A DNA stretch of 64,000 nt, taken from positions 147,498,001 through 147,562,000 of the forward strand of contig OX597817.1 in NCBI GenBank assembly GCA_951406725.2, written 5' to 3'. Positions 28,831-42,901 of the stretch are shown here, one piece after another. The notes under the pieces were generated by a model, which was not told the origin of the DNA, searched no databases, and saw only the letters and a program-made list of their open reading frames with translations. This DNA comes from Octopus vulgaris. Lineage: Eukaryota. The number at the start of each line of letters is the position of its first letter. Position 1 is the first letter of the stretch. The position numbers and the translations under genes were made by a program.

Positions 28831-29058
28831 TACATGCATGTATATATTTATTTATATATCTTTATATTCATTTAAAATGGATGCCTTGGTAGAACAACAA
28901 ATACTGCTTTATTCGTCTTGAGAAAATTCGCTCCCACAGGTGCTTGGTTCATAAAAGCAGAGACATTGATCGTAGCAGACGCGAATCCTCTGTCATGGCT
29001 CCTCCGGAATTCTCATTTCCTATCTTTATCTATATATGTGCATATGCATATTTATATG

Positions 29059-29124
<66 letters not shown>

Positions 29125-29126
29125 AC

Positions 29127-29635
29127 ATATAAATAATATATAAATATATGCATATATACATACATGTACATACCTACATAGATATGTATATATACATGTA
29201 TATATAGGTACAGGATATCAAAATAAAAAAAAAACGTTGAACACAATCAGAAACGAAAACATAAAAACAAAAACATAGAAGCGAACATTTTTTTGAACAA
29301 CGAAGAAAACAAACAGCTAAATGAGACATAAAACATAAAGCATATTCCCTTTCTTCAGTTGGAGTTGTTGAAACAGGGACAACTAATAAAGGGGAATATT
29401 TTTTATGTTGTATGTCTCGTTTCTCTGTGTATTTTTCGTTGGTCGAAAAAAAGTTCGTTTTCCATGTTTTTGTTTTCGTTTCTTATCGTGTTCAACGTTT
29501 ATTGATGTCCTGTACCCATATATGCATGTATATATACATATATAAGTAGGTATGTACCTGTATGTATGTATATATGCATATATTTATATATTATTTATAT
29601 TATTATATGATCGAACCCCACGCATCCTTTTCCAA

Positions 29636-29638
<3 letters not shown>
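29127..29638. mobile_element. Large foldback-plus-tail element in microsatellite
   Basis: Diverged inverted arms of about 230 bp (29127-29360 / 29380-29600) plus tail gatcgaaccccacgcatccttttccaagt; relative at 62495-62640. Confidence 0.75.
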
Positions 29639-29679
<41 letters not shown>

Positions 29680-29884
29680 AGATTAATCAATAATCAGCCG
29701 AAATTGCGAAGATGATCCGGTTCTTGACTGAAGATTGAAGGCTTCGAATGTCCCTTCCGTGTTTTTTGTGTCGTCTTCTAAATGTTTTACGTTCTTGTCC
29801 CAGTTTGGATATTTTTTTTATTTTTACATATATATATATATATGTACATGTATAAAAAAAATATATATGTATATACATATATAT

Positions 29885-30002
<118 letters not shown>

Positions 30003-30018
30003 GAAAATACAGACAAAG

Positions 30019-30065
<47 letters not shown>

Positions 30066-30612
30066 GAGAGAGATAGAGAGAGAGAGCGAGCGAAACGTAT
30101 ATGTGCATATATTTAAAGGTACATAAATCTATATATGCATATCCATCCGTCAATTCAATAATACACACAGAGACTAACACATCTGCTGCCTTTATAAATA
30201 TTCGATTTGTACGCTTACGCAGAAAGCCGTTGCGCGGTCAACGTCCGAAGATTGGGTGGGTTTGCGACCAGTCATGAAGGTATTGATTAACAATAGTTAA
30301 TCAATACATTGATTATACCAATATATGTATTTTAAACTACACTGGTATTGAGTACTTTGTTTTTGTTCATCGAATTTCATTTCCTTTAGTAGACATTCAA
30401 GCAAACACACTTATACGTATGATGTATATAAACGTGTTTGTGTAAGTTTTAATGGAGACATCTGTAGTCGTCTTATTTCTATACACTCTGCGTGTTGCTA
30501 ACTTTGGATATAGAAGTGGATATAGCAGAGACTGGTTCGTTTTCTATTATATACGCATGAGAGATCGCTTGTTTCGTCATTCCGCTGCCGAGGTTCACAT
30601 TATAAGGGAACA

Positions 30613-30669
<57 letters not shown>

Positions 30670-30699
30670 ACATACATCTATATTCTTGTATTCTTCTAT

Positions 30700-31054
30700 C
30701 CCTTTACTTGTTTCAGTCATTTGACCGCTACCGTGCTGGAGCACTGCCTTTAGATGAATAAATCGACCGCAGGACTTATTCTATGTAAGCCTAGAACTCA
30801 TTCTATCGTCTCTTTTGTCGAATCTCTAAGTTACAGCGACGTAAACAAAGCAACATTGGTTGTCATGCGATGGCGCGGGGTGGACAATATACACACACAT
30901 ATATATATATATATATACATATATACATATATATATATATGACAGGCTTCTTTCAGTTTCCGTTTACCACATTCAATCAGAAGTCTTTGGTCAGACCGAA
31001 CCCGGAACCATGTGGTTAGGAAGCAAGCTTCTTACCACACACCAACGCCTGCGC
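30700..31054 (-). mobile_element. SINE family A with internal deletion
   Basis: Tail, internal (TA)n, head. Confidence 0.85.
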
Positions 31055-31992
31055 CCATCATGTACATAATTTTCAAACAAACATGACTATGCAACAGTCT
31101 TACTTTGTTCATGAATGTTGAAAGAGGACAAAACCTGAAGAGTACATATATTCTTACATATCTTCTATTTGGTTCGAAGTTACTATCAACAAATTGTACT
31201 CAAGATGCATGGCATTGCCACTACCCTGAGGTTCTGAGGTTTGTGTGAGTGTGTGTGTCCGTGGATGCGTGTGTATGTGTATGTCCGCCTGTTTTGTATG
31301 TCCACACTGACAAACACATAGACGCGCTGAGATAAACAAACACAACCGTCCTTGTATATATAATATATACACATCCGATGTGCTATAACATTTAGGTCTG
31401 TGATGTAATTTACTCAGTCATATGATGTTTAACATAGTATTAGCAAGGTTGTAACACTATTGTATATTCGCATTTTCTTTAAATGTCCTGAGCTCATTTT
31501 TAAATCTATCCTCTTAAAATTTTGTATATTGGAGAAAAGTCATAATTAATAAATTAATAAAGTATACAGGGGTAATTGTTTGTCTATATTTCACTGCATG
31601 TCAGCTTATATTTCACTTAATTTCTTTATTAATTTTAAAAATCTTTTGACGCTTGTTTATATTTCTCAAAACACTTTTCGACACATCATTATGTAGCTTT
31701 CTTAATAGGTATACATTTTGTCTTCGTAATGCATTTTTTTAGTTTACAAGTGATGTTTTTGCTGTTGTTATATCTCCATGGTAACAAGAATGTGAGATGA
31801 TATAGCAAAATATGAAAAATATTAAGAGTAGGGATGAGGTGTCTCCTAATATTTTTCATTAACAGTTTTGTGAAATGACAGAGAAGTGAAATGTAGACAA
31901 ATAATCACCGATGTAGGTATTTGTAGGCCTTATTAATTATGACTATTACGAAATATTACAGTACTGGGTTTAGTACACTGTTTCAGATATTA

Positions 31993-32376
31993 CGAACCAC
32001 TCTGTTCCGGGTTCAGTTCCACTGCGTGGCACATTGGGCAAGTGTCTTCTGCTATAGCCCCGAGCTGACCAAAGCCTTGTGAATTGATTTGGTAGACGGA
32101 AACTGAAAGAAGCCCGTTGTATATATATATATATATATGTATGTGTGTGCATATGTTTGTGTGACTATGTTTGTCTCCCCAACATCGCATGACATCCGAT
32201 GGGTGTGTTTTTATGTCCCCGTAACTTAGTGGTTCGGCAAAATAGACCAATAGAATAAGTACTAGGCTTACAAAGAATAAGTCCTGGGGTCGATTTGCTC
32301 GACTAAAGGTGTTGCTCCAGCATGGCCACAGTCAAATGACTGAAACAAGTAAAAGAATAAAAGAGTAAAAGAGTAA
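31993..32376 (+). mobile_element. SINE family A, 5'-truncated
   Basis: gttccgggttcagttccactgcgtggc...gtcaaatgactgaaacaagtaaaaga. Confidence 0.9.
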
Positions 32377-32826
32377 ACTAATTTCTAATTCGAAAGATCA
32401 CAAACTTCATCACGATCTTCAAATGTGGTTTGATATCATAGATTCCATTGTCCCTAGGACCCTTTAATCACTGTATAGTGAATATTTAAGTGACGCCATT
32501 TTTCATACGAATACGATATAAAAGGAAATATCTGAGTGTGTTGGTGCTACCTTAAATATTCCTACAGTGCCATAGTAGATTCTTTGTCCATTATGCCCGA
32601 CATTTAAAGTTAGCATTTCGCATTGCAGATTCCAGGCGTTGTTTTGCAAAATATTCTTACTTCCAATCCATCATTTATTCAGAGAAAACGACTTTCCAAA
32701 ACTGCATTTATATATACATTTATTCGAACAACATAAAATGAGGGGAGGTAGATGATAGAGGTATGTGCCTCTCCTTTGGCTTTGTTACTTTAAAACACAG
32801 GCATCATATTGTCGTAAGAAACGTAA

Positions 32827-33225
32827 AAGGCGGCGAGCTGGCAGAAATGTTAGCACGCCAGGCGGAATGCTTAGCAGTATTTCGTCTGCCGCAACGTTTT
32901 GAGTTCAAATTCCGCCGAGGTTTGGGGGTCGATAAATTAAGTACCAGTTACGCACTGGGGTCGATATGATCGACTTAATCCGTGTGTCTGTCCTTGTTTG
33001 CCCTCTCTGTGTTTATCCCCTTGTGGGTAGTAAAGAAATAAGTATTTCGTCTACCGTTACGTTCTGAGTTCAAATTCCGCCGTGGTCGACTTTGCCTTTC
33101 ATCCTTTCGAGGTCGATAAATTAAGTACAAGTTATGCACTGGAGTCGATGTAATTGAATTAATCCCTTTGTCTGTCATTGTTTGTCCCCTCTATGTTTAG
33201 CCCCTTCGTAGGCAATAAAGAAATA
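32827..33225 (+). mobile_element. SINE family B dimer with TSD
   Basis: Flanking direct repeat taagaaacgtaaaag. Confidence 0.9.
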
Positions 33226-33661
33226 AGAAACGTAAAAGCACTTAAGAAAGCTTTAGCTCAAAAGCTAAAAAAAAAAGAAGGTTAAAAGACACTGGTAAAT
33301 AAATAAAAATGAATAAACCTAAATAAAACCGCCGAATAAATCATGTTTAAGTAAGCCGCTATTCAGCTTTCAGTTATTTACAAAAGATGACATAGAAAGA
33401 TAATAGGATGGATTCTGATGATCGTTATATTATCCGGTTTTGCAAAGTCAATCTCCAGTTGAAATGGAGAAGGCAAAATATAGTGTTACTGGTGAAGATA
33501 GTAAATAATAGAAGTCTTCTCTTGCAACAAGTGAGTACTTTAATAGTATCTAGAAAACAAATGCTGGTTTATATGGACAAACCTAGTAGATATAACTGAA
33601 ATTAATTTCCTGTTTGTGCTGAAGTAATTTGATTGACTATCTGTAACGTACCAGTGATAGG

Positions 33662-33715
<54 letters not shown>

Positions 33716-33736
33716 CATACATACCTAAGTTTTTAT

Positions 33737-33768
<32 letters not shown>

Positions 33769-33776
33769 GTATGAAG

Positions 33777-33811
<35 letters not shown>

Positions 33812-33866
33812 ATCTATATATATATAAAAATTCACACAAACGCATACACACACGCATATTTATATG

Positions 33867-33905
<39 letters not shown>

Positions 33906-34177
33906 CACACATATATATATACATACATATATATATACATATATATATATTACATATATATATATATACATATGTAACATGGTATGTGTATTCGAATGTT
34001 AGTATGTGTGAATACCTGCTTATTTATATGAATACATGCATACACACACACACATGTGCGCCTAGGCGCAGATTTAACGACATTGTGAGTTGTAATTTCT
34101 GTTGTTTCACCTACACATGCTCTTACATACACTCATGAATACATAAATACATACATACATACATATATATATGTGTG

Positions 34178-34222
<45 letters not shown>

Positions 34223-34239
34223 GAATATAAATATGCATA

Positions 34240-34330
<91 letters not shown>

Positions 34331-34345
34331 TCTTTTTATTGAGCT

Positions 34346-34652
34346 ATAGCCTGGGCTCAGAGGTCCACAGCTCTTCAATATCCTCCCGAAGAACCTGAGA
34401 GACCTGCATGGGTTGTATGTAAGTATTCTCAATATAAAGCTGGACCTCTTCCTGTCAGGTGTCCCAGAAGAACCAACTTCGCGGCATGAGGCGCAGATGA
34501 GGACAGCTACATCAAACTCTCTCATGCACCAAATATCAATTGCTAAAAAGAATTCGAGAATTAAAATTATGTAGCAACACCAAATGGCGGTGCCCCAGTA
34601 TGGCCACAGCTCGTGATCTGAAACTAGGTGAAATATATAATGAAATAAAAAA
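34346..34652 (+). mobile_element. CR1/L2-group LINE 3' end
   Basis: RGPQLFNILPKNLRDLHG...KLDLFLSGVPEEP...ATSNSLMHQ followed by tail ggcggtgccccagtatggccacagc. Confidence 0.8.
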
Positions 34653-34855
34653 TAGTCCCGGGGTCGATTGCTCGATTAAAGGCGGTGCTCCAGCATGGCC
34701 GCAGTCAAATGACTGAAACAAGTAAAAGAGAGTAGAGAGAGATACTTACATGCACATCCGTATATATATATTTACGCACATGTGTATGTGTGTTTTTGCC
34801 TGTATGCGTATGTGTGTGTTTGTGTGTGTGCGTGTGTGTATGTGTGTACGTGCGT

Positions 34856-34906
<51 letters not shown>

Positions 34907-35710
34907 TTTGTGTTCAGACTTTAGACATTCTAGATCTCAAAAAATTTGTTGCTGTTCTGTCCAGAGCATCCTTGATTGAGCGGATCTATGGATCTATGTC
35001 GAAAGGCGTTCCAACTGTGACCGTCTGTGTTTCCTATTTGAGGACCATATCATTAAATAAAACGTACCTTTTAACAGTGCTGTAGTCCATGATATGAAAA
35101 ACAATTTAGCTGCTACTGCTAGGAGATCGAGTGACCATGGAGACACTGCCTCATTTGTTGGAAACCCTCCCTCAGGGGCTCATCTGCAAACTGTCTTAGT
35201 GAAGAATTATATGAGACCAGGAACAAGTGAGTCAAACTTGAATTTGCGTATCTGTAGCTTCTTGAGTTGATTTCATATTACGTTCTTTTATGTACAATAC
35301 AGTTTACCACTTCTAAATATTATTAAGTTGATACAGAGAAGCAATACGACCCAGGAGTAAAGATATTGTACAATTAGCTCAAGGTTACTAGATTTATATC
35401 TGCCTGCTACAGGCGTCTCTTTGAGTTTCCGAATTAGAAATTTATTCTGTAACATAATTGTAGGGAGTTGATACAAGACCATCGGGGAAATACTTTCAGA
35501 GAATGATTTGTCTCTCGTTCACTTAACAATATATAAATCGAAATTGACCTCTGTCCTTGAGGTTTCTCTGCTTTCTGAAAAGATTAACTAAATTCTAACG
35601 TTTCGATACGAATTATCTAACTTACAAAACTAATTACATTTTCTAATAATTGAATTTGTTATCGTTGTGGCAATATTCACCGAAACAATTTACATATCTA
35701 TCTATCTATA

Positions 35711-35818
<108 letters not shown>

Positions 35819-36276
35819 CATATATATAAAGGAATGGACAAGCTTTATTACAATTCACTACAATTGTTTCACCCTTTCAATATCAGCTGGAAATTGTGTT
35901 TCATATATTATATACAGTGCATTAATACGATACAGCAATAAGTGTACACATGCACATCTTCAGGTGAGTAGTGTCCATAGCATTAAAAAATTATAGTTAT
36001 TTGTAACAAAGCCTCTTCATTTCATCTTCTAGTACTAAATTGTTTTGTATATACTCCACATTACCTGCAGATTTCCAGATGCATATCCATTTAAAGGAGA
36101 ACTCTTACTGTAAAATGGCACATGTCGCAGATACACGAAGAGAAGATTTGGAAAGTCCTCTATAAGGTTGTGACCTATATAATAATGATATATTTTATTA
36201 CGTACACACACACACACACGCTCACGCACACACACACACACGCACATACACACACACACACACATATATATATATA

Positions 36277-36416
36277 CTCTTTTATTCTTTGTAAGAGTAG
36301 TACTTATTCTATCGGTCTCTTTGCCGAACCACAAAGTTATGGGGACGTAAACACAACAGCATCGGCTATCAAGCGATGTTGGGGCGACAAATACAGATAC
36401 ACATATATATATATAC

Positions 36417-36503
<87 letters not shown>

Positions 36504-36644
36504 TATACGACGGGCGTCTTTCAGTTTCCGTCTACCAAATCCAATCACAAGGCTTTGGTCAGACCAAGTTACCATGCTGTGGGAGGGAACCCGGAATCAT
36601 GTGGCTGGTAAGTAAGCTACTCACGACACAGCCACTCCTGCGCC
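36277..36644 (-). mobile_element. SINE family A
   Basis: Family blocks with an expanded internal (TA)n. Confidence 0.85.
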
Positions 36645-36892
36645 TACATATATATATATAATCAATTAATCAATTAATTAACAATTTTACCAAGTAGATC
36701 GGTACGTTAAAATTACCTTTATAGGTAAAATTATCCACATACTTATAATTGGTGTTCAGCTAACTGCTTCACCATATAACGAAATTAGAAATAGGAGTTA
36801 AAAATTCCTTTTATAAGAATCTCCATGACGGTAAGCATACTTTTTTACGAAGGCAAAGATAAAACCAATGGATTAACACGACGAGGATTAAC

Positions 36893-36951
36893 TATATGCG
36901 CGTTCCGAGATTAAAGTAATTTAAGCTTTACTTACTTCTCTCTTCAGTATA
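36893..36951 (-). ncRNA. Degenerate type I hammerhead motif
   Basis: UAUA-CUGAAGA-GAGA...UCUC-GGAA-CGCG-CA-UAUA; two core substitutions. Confidence 0.5.
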
Positions 36952-37094
36952 ATATTTCCAATTTTTATAAAATTTGACAGTGCTATGACTGTCTATGTAC
37001 ACAATCGAGCGTCATCATGTAATTATAATTATGCATGATTGTATGTATGTATGTATGTATGTATGTATATATATATATATATATTATATATATA

Positions 37095-37465
37095 TATATA
37101 TAAACGGCAGTTTGTATGTGCGTGTTTCTGTGTGTCTGTTTGCTTGTACCCTCACCCTGACCACGGCTTTCAACCGATTCTGATGAAACTTGACACACAC
37201 ATAGCCCAATGTCATAATTCAAAACTAACGCAGCCAAAATTTTGAAAAGTTCCCCCAGTTCTTAAAAAAAATCGATAAATTCGACATGGGGTCGAGAATC
37301 AGAAACACGAACCACAAACTGTCTAGTGGACGCAACTCCATCCTTTTTTAACTCTCAAAAAAAAAAATTACTCCATTTTTTTGCTATTTTGGGGCTATAT
37401 CTCTCTAAAAATGCTTTATAGTTATTTCCCTTACAAACCTGAGCAACGCCGGGCGATACTGCTAG
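37095..37465 (+). mobile_element. Non-autonomous Helitron
   Basis: Starts in tatatataaacggc; 3' GC-rich hairpin cctgagcaacgccggg about 9 nt before terminal CTAG followed by T. Confidence 0.75.
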
Positions 37466-37476
37466 TATATATATAT

Positions 37477-37714
37477 ATGTAAAGTATAGAAGCCATCTTA
37501 TCATGGCTAACCACATTGGGGAGGGGGTATTACTGTAGCTTTATAGCCCCAAGAGATCTTTTGTGTCTAAAGCCAGCTAGAGACGAAGATCTCTTGGGGC
37601 TATAAAGTTACAGTAACACCCCCTCCCCAATGTGGTTAGCCATGATAAGATGGCTTCTATACTTTACATTATCGAGCGATTACTGTTTGAATCTCATTCT
37701 GAGATTTAATTATG

Positions 37715-37718
<4 letters not shown>
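37477..37718. mobile_element. Near-perfect foldback-plus-tail insert in (TA)n
   Basis: 84-bp arms 37477-37560 / 37586-37669 with about 2 mismatches; shares the ggtgttactg...tagcccca motif with 2196 and 43616. Confidence 0.85.
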
Positions 37719-37746
<28 letters not shown>

Positions 37747-38793
37747 CCCTAACACATACACCTCGTAAACATATAAAACATACATATAAAAATATCATGC
37801 ATCCCTACGTGGAAAAGACGCGGCGCTTACAGTTGCGTAATTGGAAAAATAAGTTGATTGCTCAATAAATACCTTCTCTAATCCACACACCTCAGTCTCG
37901 TTTAATATATTCTCTACTATGTTCCTTGAAGAAAGCTTAAATTGAAGATGAAAAAAAGATGAAAAAAAGAAGCAAAATAGAAATAAGGAAATAACAATAC
38001 AGATACGTAATAGGCAGTACAGAATTACAAGCCAAATATATAGATCAAAACTCTCTTACATTTGTTTTGATGCTAGCATAGACACAAATATTTCTGTTGA
38101 AAACAGAAGCCTAATAGAATTATGGTTAGGTTATAATTAAAGAAAGCTGTTTGCCGACACCAAAGTTTGCATTTACAGAGACAATATTCTCGGAAAAATT
38201 GTTACCAAACGATTAGACAAGCCTACAAATATAATCTATATACTTCAAAAGATTTCGGAGTAAAGTTTGCTCCTCAGTCAATTAGTAGCGTTACTTTTTT
38301 AATATACGATCGCTTTGTACTAATCATACCATAAATCAAATAGAGCTTTTAATTATTTCCACCAACTATGAAACCATACTGAAAAGATTATTAAGCTAGT
38401 TAAAACATTTCAATTAGACGCTAAATCAATAATCATCCATAGATTCATTTAAATATTATAACAATGATTTCCCAAGATGCAACCTAAAAGAAATTTAGGT
38501 ACGCTGATAATAATACTACTAAAACTTCCCCCAATGAAAACAGAAAAATACATATTACCTATGATCTGCTTTTTTAATTAGACACAGCAATTGTAATTGC
38601 ATATATATAATTTCTTCAACTTAATTACGGAACTGCAAGCACTTCAGATACTTTCATAAAAATATGTTAAAACCTTCTGCACCACTTCAATTAAACGTTC
38701 TGATACATATATGCAGTATCCAACTTTTCTACATTGAAATCATGTCATACGGTGACATGTCCGAAATGATGTCTCAATATACATGTATATATA

Positions 38794-39372
38794 AGACGGC
38801 GAGCTGGCAGAATCGTTAGCACACCGAGCGAAATGCTTAGCGGTATTTCGTCTGCCGCTACGTTCTGAGTTCAAATTCCGCCTAGGTCGACTTTGCCTTT
38901 CCTCCTTTCGGGGTCGATAAATTAAGTACCACTCTCGCACTGGGGCCGATGTAATTGACTTAATCAATTTGTCTGTCCTTGTTTGTCCCCTCTGTGTTTA
39001 TCCCCTTGTAGGTAGAAAAGAAATAGGTATTTCGTCTGCCGCTAGGTTCTGAGTTCAAATTCCGCCGGGCTCGACTTTGCCCTTCATCCTTTCGGGGTCG
39101 ATTAAATAAGTACCAGTTACGCTTTGGGGTCGATATAATCGACTTAATCCTTTTGTCTGTCCTTGTTTGTCCTCTCTGTGTTTAGCCTTGTGGGAAGTAA
39201 AAAAATAGGTATTTCGACTGTCTTTATGTACTGAGTTCAAATTCCGCCGAGTTCTACTCTGCATTTCATTCTTTCGGGGTCGATAAATTAAGTACCAGTT
39301 GCGTACCTGGGTCTAATTGACTGGTACCATCCCCCAAAGTTTCGGGCCATGTGTCTAGAGTAAAAAAGAATA
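38794..39372 (+). mobile_element. SINE family B trimer
   Basis: One head and three core units joined at aaataggtatttcg. Confidence 0.9.
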
Positions 39373-39477
39373 TATATGTATGTAATAAGACAGGGATCTG
39401 GCAGAATGGTTAGCAATTTTGAAACAATTTTAGCTTTGTATGAGCCATACCTCGTAGAATTCAAGCTGTAGTTACTG

Positions 39478-39555
39478 CCAAAGGCGGCCCTGTCCTATTT
39501 GAAAATAAATTTGTTTGAAATTTTAAGGTGTCTCCATTATTTCGTCCAACCCCTA
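39478..39555 (+). mobile_element. 3' terminal fragment of the same Tc1 family
   Basis: aaatttgtttgaaattttaaggtgtctccattatttcgtccaacccct matches 22155-22202. Confidence 0.8.
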
Positions 39556-39630
39556 TATATATATAAAGAAAGATTAGAAAAAGAATTTCGATTATCCTCA
39601 CATGGTGAGTTGTAGTGCATTGTGTGTGTG

Positions 39631-39724
<94 letters not shown>

Positions 39725-39726
<2 letters not shown>

Positions 39727-39892
39727 GTTGGAATTTACAAAAAAACAGAAGACGAAGACGGGTGTGTAAACAATAAACAGGTGTATTAGTTTAATGCTCG
39801 GGAATTCTTTTACGATTGGAGCCTACGCTCTTCAACAGAAAGTAACCCAGAAATAAACAGAGGGGAAAAAAAACTCTTAGTAGCTAGCGATC
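39725..39892 (-). mobile_element. Second copy of the 25498 Penelope-like fragment
   Basis: tagttgga...gacgaagac.ggtgtgtaaacaa...cctacgctcttcaacagaa. Confidence 0.65.
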
Positions 39893-40073
39893 AATAAAAA
39901 AAAAAGGAAAATGCTTCCTTTACATAGTTTTAATACATTTTAAATAAATGAGTATTGTGGTTGTCGACTGGATTTGCTTTCGCTAACAATGACTTTGAAA
40001 TTATTGTAATTTCGTATGTTCTTAAGAACATGTTAGTCATGTTCTTGTATGAAAGTTTGTGAATAAATCCATA

Positions 40074-40120
<47 letters not shown>

Positions 40121-40429
40121 GTTTTCACGTATGCATATATTGTAAATGGATATATGTAGTCGATTGTCTCGAAAAATTTTACCGATTGTACTGACACTTG
40201 CATGCATCACACACACATACACGCATACTGTTCCTAAGAATGAGCACATCAAAGTTAAAAATTCTTGTAAAAAATGCCAAAATGTGATCCTTACGCATCT
40301 CCTAATTAATTTAACTTGACTGAATTACGGACATTTTCTTCACACTTATACGTACAACTAAAAATCTAACTTCATTCGTGAGTCGTTTATGGAAGTATTA
40401 CAAGCTGCAACTCACGAAGGTATTACTAA

Positions 40430-40662
40430 AAGGCGGCGAGCTGGCAGAAATGTTAGCACGCGGGCGAAATGCTTAGCGGTATTTTGTCTGTCGTTACGTT
40501 CTGAGTTCAAATTCCGCCGAGGTCGACTTTGCCTTTCATCCTTTCGGGGTCGATAAATTAAGTACCAGTTACGCACTGGGGTCGATGTGATCGACTTAAT
40601 ACCTATGTCTGTCCTTGTTTCTCCTCTCTGTGTTTAGCCCCTTGTGGGTAATTAAGAAATAG
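40430..40662 (+). mobile_element. SINE family B monomer
   Basis: Full head-to-tail copy, flanking repeat aggtattac. Confidence 0.9.
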
Positions 40663-40739
40663 GTATTACATGTGAACCCATTTAAGTTATTTCTAACCTT
40701 TACATATCAATTTATAAATTAAAACCCTTTACATAATTT

Positions 40740-41300
40740 TTTTCCCACTTTGTCGCATCCTCTCCTGCACGCCTTTGCAATTATCAGATCAACTCCAAAA
40801 TTAAGTTTTTAACACGGTCGGTTCTCTTCTTTCTAATATATCTGAAGTTTATTTCCTCGTCGAAATGTATCTTTGTGTCCATGACCATTGCTATGAGAAA
40901 GCTTCTGGTTTAGTACACGCTTGTAAAGAACATTAAACAAGCCGTCTGGTCCATCAAGCGAATTGTTTCTCTCTTGAGCTTCGTGTTAGTCAGGTATTTT
41001 TATTCTAATAACTTCTTCCTGCAAATTGCTGCTCCCTAGAAATCGCTAGCAGCGTCTTGCTTTCCTCTGGGCTGTGATACTTAGTCCCTTAAGTGTCAGC
41101 TAATCAACGTCTTTTGAATCTGTAGCACTACTTTGGTTTCTTCTTCGTATTCCTTTACACTTTTGTGGTCTCAAGTCTTGCTTGGAACCAAAAGGTATAA
41201 AAACCTACATTAGCAAAAATTTCCCTTGATTTTTATTCCTACAGCTTTGCTTTCTACGTTTCTCAATATAAACCTGATTATATTCTACACTAAGTGACCT
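40740..41300 (-). pseudogene. Possible highly decayed non-LTR RT fragment
   Basis: Minus-strand GPDGLFNVLYK and downstream KACRRGC resemble RT N-terminal motifs; weak. Confidence 0.3.
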
Positions 41301-41531
41301 CTTCAATTTCTTTCTTTTTATTTAATCAACATTAACTTTGAATCAAAGTTTGTGTAATCAATATATATTTTTAAACAATAATTTATTTTTGCTCACAATT
41401 AAGATTGCTTCAGGAATAACTGGCAAAATCCAATCCTGTCACAATTTATTTTACATACTTCGAAATAATTACTTTCTGTCTTGTAATTCGTTATAAAAAT
41501 AAATATATATAAATATATGTATACACACACA

Positions 41532-41599
<68 letters not shown>

Positions 41600-41787
41600 G
41601 ACACAGACACACACACACATATATATTCATATATATATATATACATACATATATATGTATACACACATATATATATATATACATGTATATATATACATAC
41701 ATACATATATATGTATATATATATATATATAAATATATACATATATATACATATATACATGTATATGCATATATATATATGTTTACG

Positions 41788-41826
<39 letters not shown>

Positions 41827-41858
41827 GGGTATATATATATATATATATATATAAAATA

Positions 41859-42008
41859 CGACGGGCTTTCTGTTTCCGTCTACCAAATCCATTCACAAGG
41901 TTTTGTAGGGCCGAGGTTATAGCAGAAGACACCTGCCCAGGGTGCCACGCAGTGGGACTGAACCTGGAAACATGTGGTGAGTAAGGAAGCTACTTACCAC
42001 ACAGCCGC
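41859..42008 (-). mobile_element. SINE family A 5' half
   Basis: Head and core ending in microsatellite. Confidence 0.8.
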
Positions 42009-42106
42009 ATCTGTCTATGTATCTATCTATCTGTATGTATCTATGTATATATGAATGTATGTATATATGTGTGTATGTATTTCATGTATGTATGCTTGTG
42101 TATATT

Positions 42107-42169
<63 letters not shown>

Positions 42170-42191
42170 ACTCACTATATATATATATATG

Positions 42192-42222
<31 letters not shown>

Positions 42223-42265
42223 ATATATATATGACTATACACACACATTCATATAAATATATATG

Positions 42266-42700
42266 TACGAGATCTGATCAATAAGTATCCGGACTTTTGC
42301 TATAGTACCGCAGCTAAAGCATATGGAGTAAAGTTGCTTTGTAAAGATCAACCTTGGACTCTACTGTGCATGCATATTAAGCAGATGTGCGAGCAGTTGA
42401 TGGCGGGGGCAGGGTTGTCGAATCCCCATCTGTGTGTTATCAGACGAAGTGTAGATTAGTTACGGTTCAGTCCATTATCACTGAAGATTTGGGTGTGAGG
42501 CGCATGTCTGCCAAGTTTGTATCAAAACTGCTTTCAGCTGACCAAAACGAAACTCGGGTTTCAGTTGCACAAGATCATGATTGTGTCGCTAACGCTGAAA
42601 ACTTTTTGAAGAATTTACGTAGGCCTCCGACCATGTATCGCCAAGCTTTTGTCAAAAGTTGATGCAGATTTTATGCGCAACTTTCTCTGTCATGGAAAAT
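42266..42700 (+). mobile_element. Internally deleted mariner element
   Basis: TA followed by cgagatctgatcaataagt terminus; VQSIITEDLGVRRMSAKFVSKLLSADQNETRV resembles the mariner WVPxxL linker. Confidence 0.7.
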
Positions 42701-42767
42701 GCGACGATTACACGCTACACTCATTCCTTCGGAGCACTGCTGTAAACAGCGGAAATGAGATACAACG

Positions 42768-42815
<48 letters not shown>

Positions 42816-42901
42816 ATATGTGACAATTATTCTTTCTTTTGTTATCTTACCGTTTTTACCAATATATATATATATATATATGTATATGTATATATATATG
42901 T

